From Chthoniobacteraceae bacterium (GTDB taxonomy: Bacteria; Verrucomicrobiota; Verrucomicrobiia; Chthoniobacterales; Chthoniobacteraceae): a DNA stretch of 54,539 bases. The stretch lies in contig JANNXQ010000124.1 in assembly GCA_031409655.1 (NCBI GenBank), forward strand, positions 1 to 54,539, written 5' to 3'. The translations under genes were made by a program, and so were the position numbers. The notes beneath the pieces are model-generated. The model was not told where the DNA came from. It made no database searches and saw only the letters and a list, made by a program, of their open reading frames with translations. The stretch's first letter is position 1; each line of letters opens with the position of its first letter. Below, in pieces: positions 20,157-29,964 of the stretch.

Positions 20157-23100
20157 ATGAAACACCCGAGCAAGGCGACTACTGACCTCGAACCCCAAAT
20201 CGATCTCCGCTTTCAGGCGGCCGCCCCTCGCCGCCGCGGGATTGAATTTTCAGTATTCTGCCTCGGGTTGTTCGCATCCGCGGTCGTGGCGTGGGGTGTG
20301 GTCGTGGTCAATGATCCGTTCACCGACGGAAATCGCTCGAACACAACCGGGGGCGACACCGCCGGGTTGGTTTGGTTTCAAGGTCAGCCCAGCCCCGCGA
20401 CGCTCACGGTGGTCGATGACTCCGCGGGGATCGGGTCCGGCAATGCGGTCAAGCTAACGCCGGACAGCGGGAATTTCCGGAAGTTCCTCGGCTTCTTCAA
20501 TACGCAGACACTCGCCGCGACCGGCGATACCTTGCGGTTAAATTTCAATTACCGGTTCGCGACGGCGCCGACCACAGCGTCGGCCGGGTTGCGCTTTGGC
20601 TTCTATAATTCCAACGCCACGAAACAATCGAGCGACGGCTTTGGGACGACGACGCCTCCGGCGACGACGCGCAACGACGATAAAGGATACCTGGCCTCGG
20701 CCAATGCCGGAGTGGCGCCCACCCTTCCAACGGCTGTGAATCGGGAGGCTGCGGGAGACGATATCCTGGGCGGCAGCGCTCCGGGCAACGTCGTCGTCTT
20801 GAATTCCACGGGCGGCACCGTCGCGAGTGGGACGGCGAGCCACCATGCGAGGTTCGAGATCACGCGGCTCGCCAACGGGGATCTTCAGCTTTCCGCGCAA
20901 ATTGATAATCTGGCACCGGCCACAGGCATTGAGTCGATTGCATCGGTCACCGCCTATGCCTTCGATGAGATTGCGATCGGCCTCTCGGGCACGGGGAACC
21001 AAGCCCCGCTGCTCGTCGATACCGTGCTGGTGGAATTCATCAACGTGAACACGGTCACTCGCATCTCCTGGTACAAAGCCGAGAGTAGCACGCAGGATTT
21101 CGACGGAGTGAACAATGGGTTGCCCGTCGGGACCGTGGCCTATGCTCCCGGCGCGGTTGGGCAAGCCTTCTCCCTGGCTGGGAATGGCCACATCGACATC
21201 CCCAGCCCGACGTTGAACGCCTATTCCACGGGATTCACGGTGGCCGGTTGGTTTGTGATGACCAGTTACAGTGACAATGCCTCGCTGTTCAATTTCCGCG
21301 ACGCAGCCAATAACAGTGGCTTTACGCTCGAACAGGACGCTGGCGTGCCGGGCCGGTTTCATCTCGATGTGAGCGGTCACCGGGTCAATTCGGACGGATG
21401 GCTCCTGAATATTGCTTACTACATTGCCGCGACTTTCAACGCGCCCTCCGGGAAGCTGGAGATTTATCGTAACGGCAACCTAGTAGATTCGATCAGCGAT
21501 CCGTCCTTCACTATGGCCTTGGTGGCCAACCCATCGCTCCAGATTGGGAGGAACTTCATCGAAGGTAGTCGATGGGTCGGGAAGATCGACGAAGTGCAGT
21601 TCCACAATCGGGCGCTTACGCAAACGGAGATCATCGGGCTTATGGGATTGCCCGCAGTGAGCGTCACGGCCACCGGTGCCTCTGAGGGTGGCTCGGGAAC
21701 ATTCACCTTCACCCGTTCTTCGGCCAGCGCGCCGTTGACGGTTTCTTACAGTCTCTCGGGCACGGCCATCAGCGGCCTCGATTACCCGGCCCCGAGTGGT
21801 TCGGTCACCTTTCCCGACACCGTGGCAACTCAGACGGTGACGATCTCGCCCGTCGCAGACGCATTCATTGACCCGAACGACACCGTGATCGCCACGGTGA
21901 CAGCGGGCACCGGTTACACGCCGGGTGCCATGGCTACGATGACGATCACCGACACGACCACAACGGCCATGCCGTATTCGGTGTTGCCGAAAAACGCGCT
22001 CCCGCTGGCGGTGACGAACGGCTTTGGCTCCGCGACGCGCAGCGTGGTGGCAGTGACGGGCCAGACCTTTAGCCAGGCCTTGCGCATCGTCACGCCAGAC
22101 ACCTCCGCAAGTATCTACGAAGCTGGCTTTGGCTCACACGCACGGTTTGTCTTCGATCAGCCTGTGAACCTGGCCGACAAGATCGTGGTCTCGCTCTATG
22201 CGCGAGCGACCAGCGGCGATACTGCCAATGGCGAGGGCTACATGAAGCTGAAGGTCTCCGATAACAGCGGCGGCGCTGTGTCTTCCGGCAGTGCGCCCAT
22301 CACCCTGACCTCGGCGTGGCGGTTAATTCAGATCCCTTACAAGATGGCGGCATCCTATGTCGCAGGCGGCGCACGCCTGAATGTCTTTGCCGGTTACGGT
22401 CCGCAGACGATTGAGATCGGCGCGGTGCGGGTGGTCAATCACGGGGATGTGAACTATGACGCGCTGGGCATTCCGCTCTACGACGGACGCGAACTGGGCG
22501 CGGCCTGGCGCACCGCGGCGGCGCAACGGATCGAGCTGCATCGCAAGGCCGACTTCACCGTACAGATCCGGGACGCCGCCGGGAGTCCGGTCTCGGGAGC
22601 CAGCGTTCGCGTGAGGATGAAACGGCACGCCTTCGGGTTTGGTGGGGTGACGCAGAGCCGGTTCACCGGCAACGACACCAGCAATGAACGTTCTTACATC
22701 GCGAGCCAGAAACTCCGGGACACATTCTTGGAGAACTTTAATTGGGCGGTACCCGAGAACAATATGAAGTGGACGAGTTGGGAGCCGACGAGCGGCACTT
22801 TCAGCACCAGCGCTGCGACCAAAACCGCGCAGTGGTTGCGCGACCATGGTGTGAAGGGGTTTCGGGGCCATGTCTTCGTCTGGCCGGGTTGGAGCAAGCT
22901 GCCAGGGTGGCTGCGTACGGAATACGACAACCTCGTCACAAACAACGGCGCGCCCGCGGCAGAGGCCTTTTTGCGCGCGCGCGTGCTGGACCACATCTCC
23001 CAACAAGCAGGGGTGGTCGGGTCGCTCGCCACGCGCTGGGATGTGCTCAACGAGCCCTTCGACAACCACGATTTGCAGGACATCCTCGGCCGCACGGAAG

Positions 23101-24947
23101 TCGTGCCTTGGTTCCAGCGTGCTCGTCAGGTCGTCCCGCCCGGCACGCCGCTGGTGCTCAACGATTATGATAACGAGGGCGACGACCTTCCGCGCATCAA
23201 TTTCAACTTGCGCACTCTCCAGGAAGCGCAGCTCGGGCAGCCCGAGACGATTATCGACGGGGTGGGCATTCAGACCCACTTGGATGTCCGGCAATTGCCC
23301 AGCATGGAACGGGTGTTGACGGTGCTGAATCGCTACGCGGCGCTGGGTAAGCAGATCGAGATCACTGAGTTCGATGTCGGCACTGACGGGGACGAGCAGT
23401 TGCAAGCCGATTACCTGCGCGACTACCTCACGCTCATCTTCTCGCATCCGGCGGTGAAGTCATTTCTGGTCTGGGCGTTCTGGGAAGGGGCTTCCTTCCA
23501 GGCCGATCGCGCGCTGTATCGCACGAATTGGACGATCAAACCAAACGGCCAAATGTGGAGAGACCTCGTGCATGGCGCGTGGTGGACGGACTCCACCGTC
23601 ACCGCCGACGCGAACGGCAACGCGACCGTGCGCGGCTTCCTCGGGGACTACGAGATCACCGCCACTGCCGGCACGCGGGCGCTCACCATCGCAGCGAGTC
23701 TACCATCGACCGGAGCGACCGTGGCGCTCGTGCCGCGCAAGGCGACCACAGTGACGCTCAATCCCACCGCCGATACCCATGTGCAGGATAACCTCGCCAC
23801 GTCGAACTTCGGAACTGCGACGGAATTGGTCACCAAACAAAACAGTGCCGCGGGCACGTTCAATCGCGACGCTTACCTGAAATTCGCCCTGAACAGTGTG
23901 CCGACGATCCTCTCGGCGAAGTTACGGCTTTCTGCGCGCTTGAACGGCGTGTCTGGCTCGACTGCGACCTATCCGGTCGGCCTCACCGTACACGCGGTCG
24001 CAGATACTTCTTGGGACGAGATGACGATGACTTGGGATAACAAGCCTGATCTCGGAGCTGTGCTCAGCAATGTGAATGTGCTGGGCACGATGCCGAGTCC
24101 CGCACCGGGCTGGGTAGAGCTCGACGTGACGGCGTATCTTCAGGCTGAGAAAGCTGCGGGCCGGAATATCGTTACCCTTGGCTTGCACAATGGTGTCGCG
24201 ACGAATCCGCAGGTGTTCATCTCTTCCCGCGAAGGAACCGCCCCACCGGAACTCGTCATCACCGCACCGCTCCCGGATGCCACCACCGGAACTGCGTCTG
24301 GCGTCACTTCATCTGGCGCTTCGGTACAAGGCACCGTCACCGCCAACAACCCCGGCTCCACCTTCGTGTTTTTCGACTACGGCGTCAGCACGGCCTACAG
24401 CAGCATAGCGACAGCGACCCAGTCGCCAGTGACCGGCGCATCACCCATGGCCGTGAGTGCGACGCTCTCCGGACTTTTGCCTGGGACGCTTTACCACTAC
24501 CGGGTGAGGGCGAATGGCAGCATCGGAGCGGGGACCGGGGATGACGCCACCTTCACGACGCTGACGCTGGAGGAGGCATGGCGGATGCAGTTCTTTGGGA
24601 TCACCACAAACAGCGGAAGCGCCGCAGACGATGCGGACCCGGATGGGGACGGTGAAAGCAACCTTTTCGAGTATGTGGCCGGCCTTTCTCCGGTCGATCC
24701 CACCTCGCGCTTTGCGCTGCGAATCGAAAGGGTGCCCGGTCAACCGACCCAAAAGGGCATCGTTTTCAGTCCGCTGGTCCCGGGGCGGACCTACACCGTG
24801 AAGAGCAAAGCCAGCCTTGCGGACCCGACCTGGCTGCCGTTGGCGAGTTCCAGCACCCCGCCGGACAACGGCAACGAACGCAAAGTCGTGGATCTCTCCG
24901 CAAACCCGTCACCGAAGTTTTACGTCGTCGAAATCGTGCTGCCGTAG
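20157..24947 (+). CDS. Multidomain GH10 endo-xylanase-like protein (LamG, Calx-beta, CBM-like, GH10, DNRLRE/CBM96, FN3, C-terminal domain)
   Basis: GH10 motifs PENNMKW, RGHVFVW, WDVLNE, NDY, GVGIQTH and ITEFDV, with both catalytic Glu present. LamG motif GKIDEVQFHNRALT. The start at ATG 20157 is inferred, since the ORF-track start overlaps the XRE gene. Confidence 0.85.
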   Translation: MKHPSKATTDLEPQIDLRFQAAAPRRRGIEFSVFCLGLFASAVVAWGVVVVNDPFTDGNRSNTTGGDTAGLVWFQGQPSPATLTVVDDSAGIGSGNAVKLTPDSGNFRKFLGFFNTQTLAATGDTLRLNFNYRFATAPTTASAGLRFGFYNSNATKQSSDGFGTTTPPATTRNDDKGYLASANAGVAPTLPTAVNREAAGDDILGGSAPGNVVVLNSTGGTVASGTASHHARFEITRLANGDLQLSAQIDNLAPATGIESIASVTAYAFDEIAIGLSGTGNQAPLLVDTVLVEFINVNTVTRISWYKAESSTQDFDGVNNGLPVGTVAYAPGAVGQAFSLAGNGHIDIPSPTLNAYSTGFTVAGWFVMTSYSDNASLFNFRDAANNSGFTLEQDAGVPGRFHLDVSGHRVNSDGWLLNIAYYIAATFNAPSGKLEIYRNGNLVDSISDPSFTMALVANPSLQIGRNFIEGSRWVGKIDEVQFHNRALTQTEIIGLMGLPAVSVTATGASEGGSGTFTFTRSSASAPLTVSYSLSGTAISGLDYPAPSGSVTFPDTVATQTVTISPVADAFIDPNDTVIATVTAGTGYTPGAMATMTITDTTTTAMPYSVLPKNALPLAVTNGFGSATRSVVAVTGQTFSQALRIVTPDTSASIYEAGFGSHARFVFDQPVNLADKIVVSLYARATSGDTANGEGYMKLKVSDNSGGAVSSGSAPITLTSAWRLIQIPYKMAASYVAGGARLNVFAGYGPQTIEIGAVRVVNHGDVNYDALGIPLYDGRELGAAWRTAAAQRIELHRKADFTVQIRDAAGSPVSGASVRVRMKRHAFGFGGVTQSRFTGNDTSNERSYIASQKLRDTFLENFNWAVPENNMKWTSWEPTSGTFSTSAATKTAQWLRDHGVKGFRGHVFVWPGWSKLPGWLRTEYDNLVTNNGAPAAEAFLRARVLDHISQQAGVVGSLATRWDVLNEPFDNHDLQDILGRTEVVPWFQRARQVVPPGTPLVLNDYDNEGDDLPRINFNLRTLQEAQLGQPETIIDGVGIQTHLDVRQLPSMERVLTVLNRYAALGKQIEITEFDVGTDGDEQLQADYLRDYLTLIFSHPAVKSFLVWAFWEGASFQADRALYRTNWTIKPNGQMWRDLVHGAWWTDSTVTADANGNATVRGFLGDYEITATAGTRALTIAASLPSTGATVALVPRKATTVTLNPTADTHVQDNLATSNFGTATELVTKQNSAAGTFNRDAYLKFALNSVPTILSAKLRLSARLNGVSGSTATYPVGLTVHAVADTSWDEMTMTWDNKPDLGAVLSNVNVLGTMPSPAPGWVELDVTAYLQAEKAAGRNIVTLGLHNGVATNPQVFISSREGTAPPELVITAPLPDATTGTASGVTSSGASVQGTVTANNPGSTFVFFDYGVSTAYSSIATATQSPVTGASPMAVSATLSGLLPGTLYHYRVRANGSIGAGTGDDATFTTLTLEEAWRMQFFGITTNSGSAADDADPDGDGESNLFEYVAGLSPVDPTSRFALRIERVPGQPTQKGIVFSPLVPGRTYTVKSKASLADPTWLPLASSSTPPDNGNERKVVDLSANPSPKFYVVEIVLP

Positions 24948-25325
24948 TCAACGACGACAAAAGAACCGGTCAGCTATCGCGGGTTCCAAAAATGAGCAGA
25001 TGGGGTCAGCTTCGGAATCGCGCTCTATTTTGAGTGGGCGGCCACGCTGGCACGAGGACTTGCATAGGAGGCGAGATTCTGTAGGCGCAGCCTCACTGCT
25101 CGCACAGCGGATCCCGCCGCCTTGTCCTGACGCTCCGTCCCGCTTCGCGCCGGTTTCACAGAAAACGAGCGAATCCGGGTGGGGCATAAAGATCCCACAC
25201 TGGCACTTTTCATGGGGCGTTGGCGTGACGGCTGATCTTCCGACGATGGTCCTCCGATTGACGCAACAATGCGTGATAGAAGACCTGTCCTGATCTGCAC
25301 GCCGATCTGCACGATTTGCACTACC

Positions 25326-25430
25326 CCCAACCAAAACGCCTCGAGCGCGAGCGAGCACTCTCCTCCGCCTGGCCGCGAGAGAGTGTGCTCCGCGCAGGGG
25401 CTCGTTCGGCGATTGGAAATCGCCGCTCCT
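25326..25430 (+). repeat. REP-like element, left (partial) copy
   Basis: ~105-bp direct repeat of 26377-26479, ending ttcggcgattggaaatcgccgctcct. Confidence 0.8.
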
Positions 25431-25474
25431 CGCATCCTTGCTGCATTCGCTGAAGGGCCGTTACCGTCTTCGCT

Positions 25475-25951
25475 GTGAGCTTGCCGCGCATTTACATCGA
25501 AACAACCATCCCGAGCTACCTCACGGCGCGTCGGAGCCGGGACTTGCAACTCGCAGCAGATCAGCAGGCGACGGAGGACTGGTGGAACGATCACCGGCAG
25601 CACTACGAGTGCTTTGTGTCGCCCGTGGTGGCTGACGAAGTGTCGCGGGGCGATGCCGCGTTTGCAGCCGCGCGAATGGCAGGGCTTGCGGGATTGACGG
25701 TGTTGCCAGTGACGGACGCGGCGCAGGAACTCACCGTGCGGCTCCTGCGGGACGGCGTCATCCCCGCCGGAGCTGCCGACGATGCCGCGCACCTCGGTGT
25801 GGCTGCGGCTCACGCGATGGATTTTCTGCTCACTTGGAACTGCAAGCACATCAATAACCCGCATCTACTCCGGCGGATCGAACGCGCCTGCGCAGCCGCG
25901 GGGCTCGCCTGTCCAATCATTTGCACGCCCGCCGAGTTGATGATTCCCTGA
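25475..25951 (+). CDS. PIN-domain (VapC-like) toxin
   Basis: IYIETTIPSYL...DAAHLGVAA...DFLLTWNCKHINN...PIICTPAEL. Confidence 0.85.
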   Translation: MSLPRIYIETTIPSYLTARRSRDLQLAADQQATEDWWNDHRQHYECFVSPVVADEVSRGDAAFAAARMAGLAGLTVLPVTDAAQELTVRLLRDGVIPAGAADDAAHLGVAAAHAMDFLLTWNCKHINNPHLLRRIERACAAAGLACPIICTPAELMIP

Positions 25952-25954
25952 ACT

Positions 25955-26167
25955 ATGCCCGAGAACGAAATCCTCGCCGAAATTCATCGCACCCGTGAAA
26001 CGATCGCGCGGGAGAACGACTACGATGTGGCGAAGCTTTTCGCGCATTTCCGCAACGTGACGGCGAAGCTGGAGGCCGAGGGCTGGCGAGTGGCTGCGCC
26101 GGAACCGAAAGCGCGGGAGGACGTGGAGTCTTCCTGCGTGCTCCGGGAAGAACCGCCGGTGAAGTAG
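25955..26167 (+). CDS. Small helical protein, probable antitoxin partner
   Basis: Starts 3 nt after the PIN stop. NEILAEIHRTRETIARENDYDVAKLF pattern resembles small genes linked to this PIN subfamily. Confidence 0.65.
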   Translation: MPENEILAEIHRTRETIARENDYDVAKLFAHFRNVTAKLEAEGWRVAAPEPKAREDVESSCVLREEPPVK

Positions 26168-26314
26168 AAGTTCCGGTTTTCCCACCTTGTTCCCAATTTG
26201 AGGACATAGGTAGCGGAGGGAGAGCGGCAGTCAGCATCGGGCGAGAAAGGGAACGGAAGCCCGGCTGAAGCTGCGCTTTGTGGGCCGGGAGCGGAGCCCG
26301 GTGAGCGCCCCGAA

Positions 26315-26481
26315 CAAGGAGGGGCGATTTGCCCCTCGACCGGCTCGGGGCCTTGAGCTTATCGAAACGGCAATCGCCCAACCAAAACGCCCCGAGCCAG
26401 CGAGCACGCTCCTCCGCCTGCCCACGAGAGGGTGCGCACCGCGCAGGGGCTCGTTCGGCGATTGGAAATCGCCGCTCCTTG
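26315..26481. repeat. REP/MITE-like element, complete right copy with nested insert
   Basis: Terminal inverted repeats caaggaggggcgattt / aaatcgccgctccttg (15/16). A ~39-bp hairpin-like insert at 26333-26371 splits ggcgatttg^caatcgcc. Confidence 0.75.
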
Positions 26482-26555
26482 ACAGTGACGTCGTGAACGG
26501 AATCCCTGGCGGAGAAGCCGTGCTTCGTGCCGAGTGGAGAGCAAGAGAGCGCGCT

Positions 26556-29540
26556 TCACGGCGCGGCTTGCACCCGGATGAAGAGCCTCGGGTTGCTGAG
26601 CAGCGCGGGGCTGAGATTGACGGTGACGGTTTCCACGCCTCCGACTGGGGCGGATGGTGTCTGGATCGCGCCGAGATCCTGCGTCCAGGTCGTGAGATTG
26701 GGCGATGTCCACACGGTGTGAGTCCGGCCCGAGAGCGACGGCGAACGCCGGGTGTAAGTGAAGGTGCCGGACTTCAGGCTGGCCGTGGATTTGATGGGAC
26801 TCACGGACACGCCACTGGTGGGATTGAGGCCCCAGACGCGTTCATCGTCATTACTCGTACCGTCGAGGTCGAAGTCGCCGTCTGGGTCGCTTAGATTGTA
26901 ACTGGGCCACTGCGCGGCCCATGTCGTAAAGTCGCCCCCAGCGTAAAGGAGATCCGTCATCCCCCGTCCCATGGCGTCGCCAACGAGCATGTAGGTTTCG
27001 GCGTTGTGATAGTAGTGGTAGTTCTGCGCGTTGTTTGGGCCGGAAGTGCGCCAGTAGCCGCGGCCTTCCATGCTCCTGACGTTCCCGGCAAATTCGGGAT
27101 ACATCGTCGGGTTGCCCACAGCGAGTTGGGCGTTGACTACGGTTAGGCGGTTGCCGGCGGCGGCCCAGCCGTCGAAGCCGCAGGTGACGATGACGAAGGG
27201 AGCCTTGGCTTTGATTTTACCCGGATAACGGCCGCTATAATAGAGGCGCAGTTGGCGGATGAGGCGCGCCATGTTCTGCTCGTAGCGAATGGCCCAGGCG
27301 GTGGTCGTGCTCTGGCCGTCGTTCCAGCCTTGGAACCAGCCAAAGCCGCCGATCTCAAATCCCCGGGTCGCCCATTGCGGATACTGGGTGGCGAAGTTAT
27401 CGAGGATGTCGGTGACGTTGGTGACGTTGTAGAGCGTCCAGTAGGTGGACCAATTCGCTCCGACTCCGGGTGCAGTCGAAGCGGCGGAAGTGTGGGTCGA
27501 CTTGCTCACATACACCTTTCCAGCGTTCTTCACATAGCAGCCGCTGATATAGGCGATGCCGGAGGCCCAGGCTTTTGGACCCATGTCGTCTTCGTCCAGG
27601 AATGAATCGTCATACTGTTTACCGGCATACCAGGCTCCCGTCACCGGAGGCGTGCCGCCCACGGGGTAGTCGTCGTAATCGCCGTAGCCGGGATAGACGG
27701 TGCCGCTGTAAGTGTAGGGCACGCTGCCGGGCGGCAGGAAATCCCAGCCGAGGGCGCGATTGCCGATGGAAGTCTTGATGATGAGGACCGGCTCGTCATG
27801 CTTCCAGCCGACGACGTGGCCGAAGCCGAGCTCGGGGCCGAAGGAGTCGCTGTCCGCGCCGAATCCCGGAGCCAGCGGAGCATCGCCCAGTGCGGAAATG
27901 ACGCCGCGGTACCTTACGTCGTTGCGGACCGTCCAGGCACCGGTGCTGGTGACGAGATTGGGGAACTTGAGCTCGGTGCCGGTGAGCGTCTGGAGGGTGT
28001 CCGCTTCCGTGCCGGCTACGCGACCGAAGCCGACCATGTTGGACTGGCCGGAGAGGATAAAGACTTTGACCGGCTTGGTGCCGGTGCCGGAGGAGGCATC
28101 GGGGTCGGGCAGCGGATAGGGAATGTTTGGCTTGTTCGCGGAGTTGGTGGGGTCGGTGTAGGAAGCGGCGACTTCGTACCAATCCTCCACGTTGTCGCCG
28201 TCGCTGTCGCGCAGGAGCGGATGCGTGCCGGTGTTGGTCTCGCTCACATAGGCGCCGGTGTTCGTCTCGACGCCATCGCTCAGCCCGTCGCCATCGGTGT
28301 CCACCTTCTTTGGATTAGTCCCGGTGTTACTGGTGCTGACCCAGGTGCCGGCGTTCGATTCGGCGCCGTCGCTGCGGCCGTCGCCGTCGGTATCGGCCTT
28401 GAGCGGATCGGTCGCCGGACGGCTGCCCACGCCGGTCAGCTCGGGGCCATCGTTGAGCGTGTCATTGTCGGTATCTGCGTCGCGCGGCAAGGTGCCACGT
28501 TGGTATTCCTGGATGTTGGTCAGACCGTCACTGTCCAGATCAGCGCTCGGAACGAGAGCGGTGGTCGAGGCGGGTGTCGTGTGCAGCAGTTCGAAGGCAT
28601 CGGGAAGCCCGTCGGCATCCGTGTCGGTGATGAGAAAACTGAATCGAGTCCCGGTGGCCGGGGTGCCGGAAGCGACGCCGTTGCGGTAAGAATCCACCCG
28701 CCAGTAGTAGGTGGCACCCGTGGGAGCGCTCACCGTATGGCTCGTCGTGTTGAGCCCGACGCTCACGACCTTGGTCAGCGCTGCCGCATTGGTGCCGAAC
28801 CACACATCCACCCAGACGTTGGTCCCGGTGGTGGCGGGCAAGTTCGTCCAACTCAGCACCACATTCCCGGCCGGAACTGTCGCCCCGTCCAACGGGGAGG
28901 GGCGCATCGGATCTTCCAAATCCAGATGAAAGGCCCGGTCTCTGGCGGTGGTGAGGACGAGGGTCGCGCTGCCCACACCGATATCCCCCGAATCGTAATA
29001 GGAGCCGATGCGGGCGTTGCTGACGTTGGCGGTGTAGGAAAGATAGGGAATTCCCGTTTGGTAGCCCACGCCGGATCGCATGGCCACGTCGATGCCATAG
29101 GTCGTATTGGGTGCCAGCGTGACGGGGGTGGCCAGCGTCCAAGTCATGTAAGCACCCGTGGCCGTGTCCACCGTCTGGGAGTAGGTCTCACTGGCACCGG
29201 GGATCAGAGTAAAACTCGTGCCCGACACTGTGCCCACACGAACGGTGTAAGTCGTCGGTGCAGCTTTCATATTCCCCGTACTGATTTTGTAAGTGACTGC
29301 CTTGAGCAGAACCGGCGAAGGCCCGGTCGTGAACGTCTGACCCTTCGCCGCGTCCGCTACGCCGGATTCATTCGAGGTTTGAAAGAACCATTTGTCGGTT
29401 CCGGTCTGCGCGCTGAAGTTCGCGATATCCGTCGCTTGGACGACCGGCGCGGTTGTGCTGCTCGAAAAGGTGCCGGCATGGAGCGAACTGGCGAACGAGA
29501 AAGCGGCGAACAGCGTGGTGCGGATGGTTTTGGTTTCCAT
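26556..29540 (-). CDS. Secreted SGNH (SASA/CE6-like) acetylesterase with DxDxDG Ca-binding repeats and C-terminal domain
   Basis: Signal at METKTIRTT (ATG 29540). VFILSGQSNMVG, FGPELGFG, GFGWFQGWND and YHYYHNAETY. Several DTDGDGLSDG repeats. Confidence 0.82.
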   Translation of the reverse strand: METKTIRTTLFAAFSFASSLHAGTFSSSTTAPVVQATDIANFSAQTGTDKWFFQTSNESGVADAAKGQTFTTGPSPVLLKAVTYKISTGNMKAAPTTYTVRVGTVSGTSFTLIPGASETYSQTVDTATGAYMTWTLATPVTLAPNTTYGIDVAMRSGVGYQTGIPYLSYTANVSNARIGSYYDSGDIGVGSATLVLTTARDRAFHLDLEDPMRPSPLDGATVPAGNVVLSWTNLPATTGTNVWVDVWFGTNAAALTKVVSVGLNTTSHTVSAPTGATYYWRVDSYRNGVASGTPATGTRFSFLITDTDADGLPDAFELLHTTPASTTALVPSADLDSDGLTNIQEYQRGTLPRDADTDNDTLNDGPELTGVGSRPATDPLKADTDGDGRSDGAESNAGTWVSTSNTGTNPKKVDTDGDGLSDGVETNTGAYVSETNTGTHPLLRDSDGDNVEDWYEVAASYTDPTNSANKPNIPYPLPDPDASSGTGTKPVKVFILSGQSNMVGFGRVAGTEADTLQTLTGTELKFPNLVTSTGAWTVRNDVRYRGVISALGDAPLAPGFGADSDSFGPELGFGHVVGWKHDEPVLIIKTSIGNRALGWDFLPPGSVPYTYSGTVYPGYGDYDDYPVGGTPPVTGAWYAGKQYDDSFLDEDDMGPKAWASGIAYISGCYVKNAGKVYVSKSTHTSAASTAPGVGANWSTYWTLYNVTNVTDILDNFATQYPQWATRGFEIGGFGWFQGWNDGQSTTTAWAIRYEQNMARLIRQLRLYYSGRYPGKIKAKAPFVIVTCGFDGWAAAGNRLTVVNAQLAVGNPTMYPEFAGNVRSMEGRGYWRTSGPNNAQNYHYYHNAETYMLVGDAMGRGMTDLLYAGGDFTTWAAQWPSYNLSDPDGDFDLDGTSNDDERVWGLNPTSGVSVSPIKSTASLKSGTFTYTRRSPSLSGRTHTVWTSPNLTTWTQDLGAIQTPSAPVGGVETVTVNLSPALLSNPRLFIRVQAAP

Positions 29541-29740
29541 GCTTGGGGGAATTTGGTGGGAAAAAGGCAGGGGTGGAAGGCGGCTCGTCACGATGATCAG
29601 GGTTGCGGTGCGGGGTCGGGAGGGGTACTCCCGGCAAAGACAACCCTCCATTTCACACACGTTCTCCTTCCAACAAGGGTTTCGAGGAATTCCACCTGAC
29701 CATCAGTGGGCCAGGTTGCGGCATCGGGAGCGGTGGGCAC

Positions 29741-29842
29741 TTTCTCTCCAGCACCGACCAGGTCCCCAGGCATCTGCGCGCGGAGATCCTCCGTGGCCGC
29801 TGGAAAGGCACGATCCCCGGAATGCACCAACTCGCCGCGGAG
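29741..29842 (+). pseudogene. Remnant of a GntR-type HTH N-terminus
   Basis: FLSSTDQVPRHLRAEILRGRWKGTIPGMHQLAAE, after which similarity stops before the recognition helix. Confidence 0.5.
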
Positions 29843-29964
29843 CGGAGATTCGCACCCCCCTTCGCGCGACCGACTTCGGCGGAAAGAGGAATACCTCTCG
29901 TATGTTCGGTCGCTCGCCATCTACCGTTGGGAAAGTGCCGGAAAAGAATACTCTTCCATCGTTA

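Noticed and set aside
25292..25321. Three gatYtgcac repeats
   Set aside because: Short, and probably local slippage at the edge of the degenerate REP arm.
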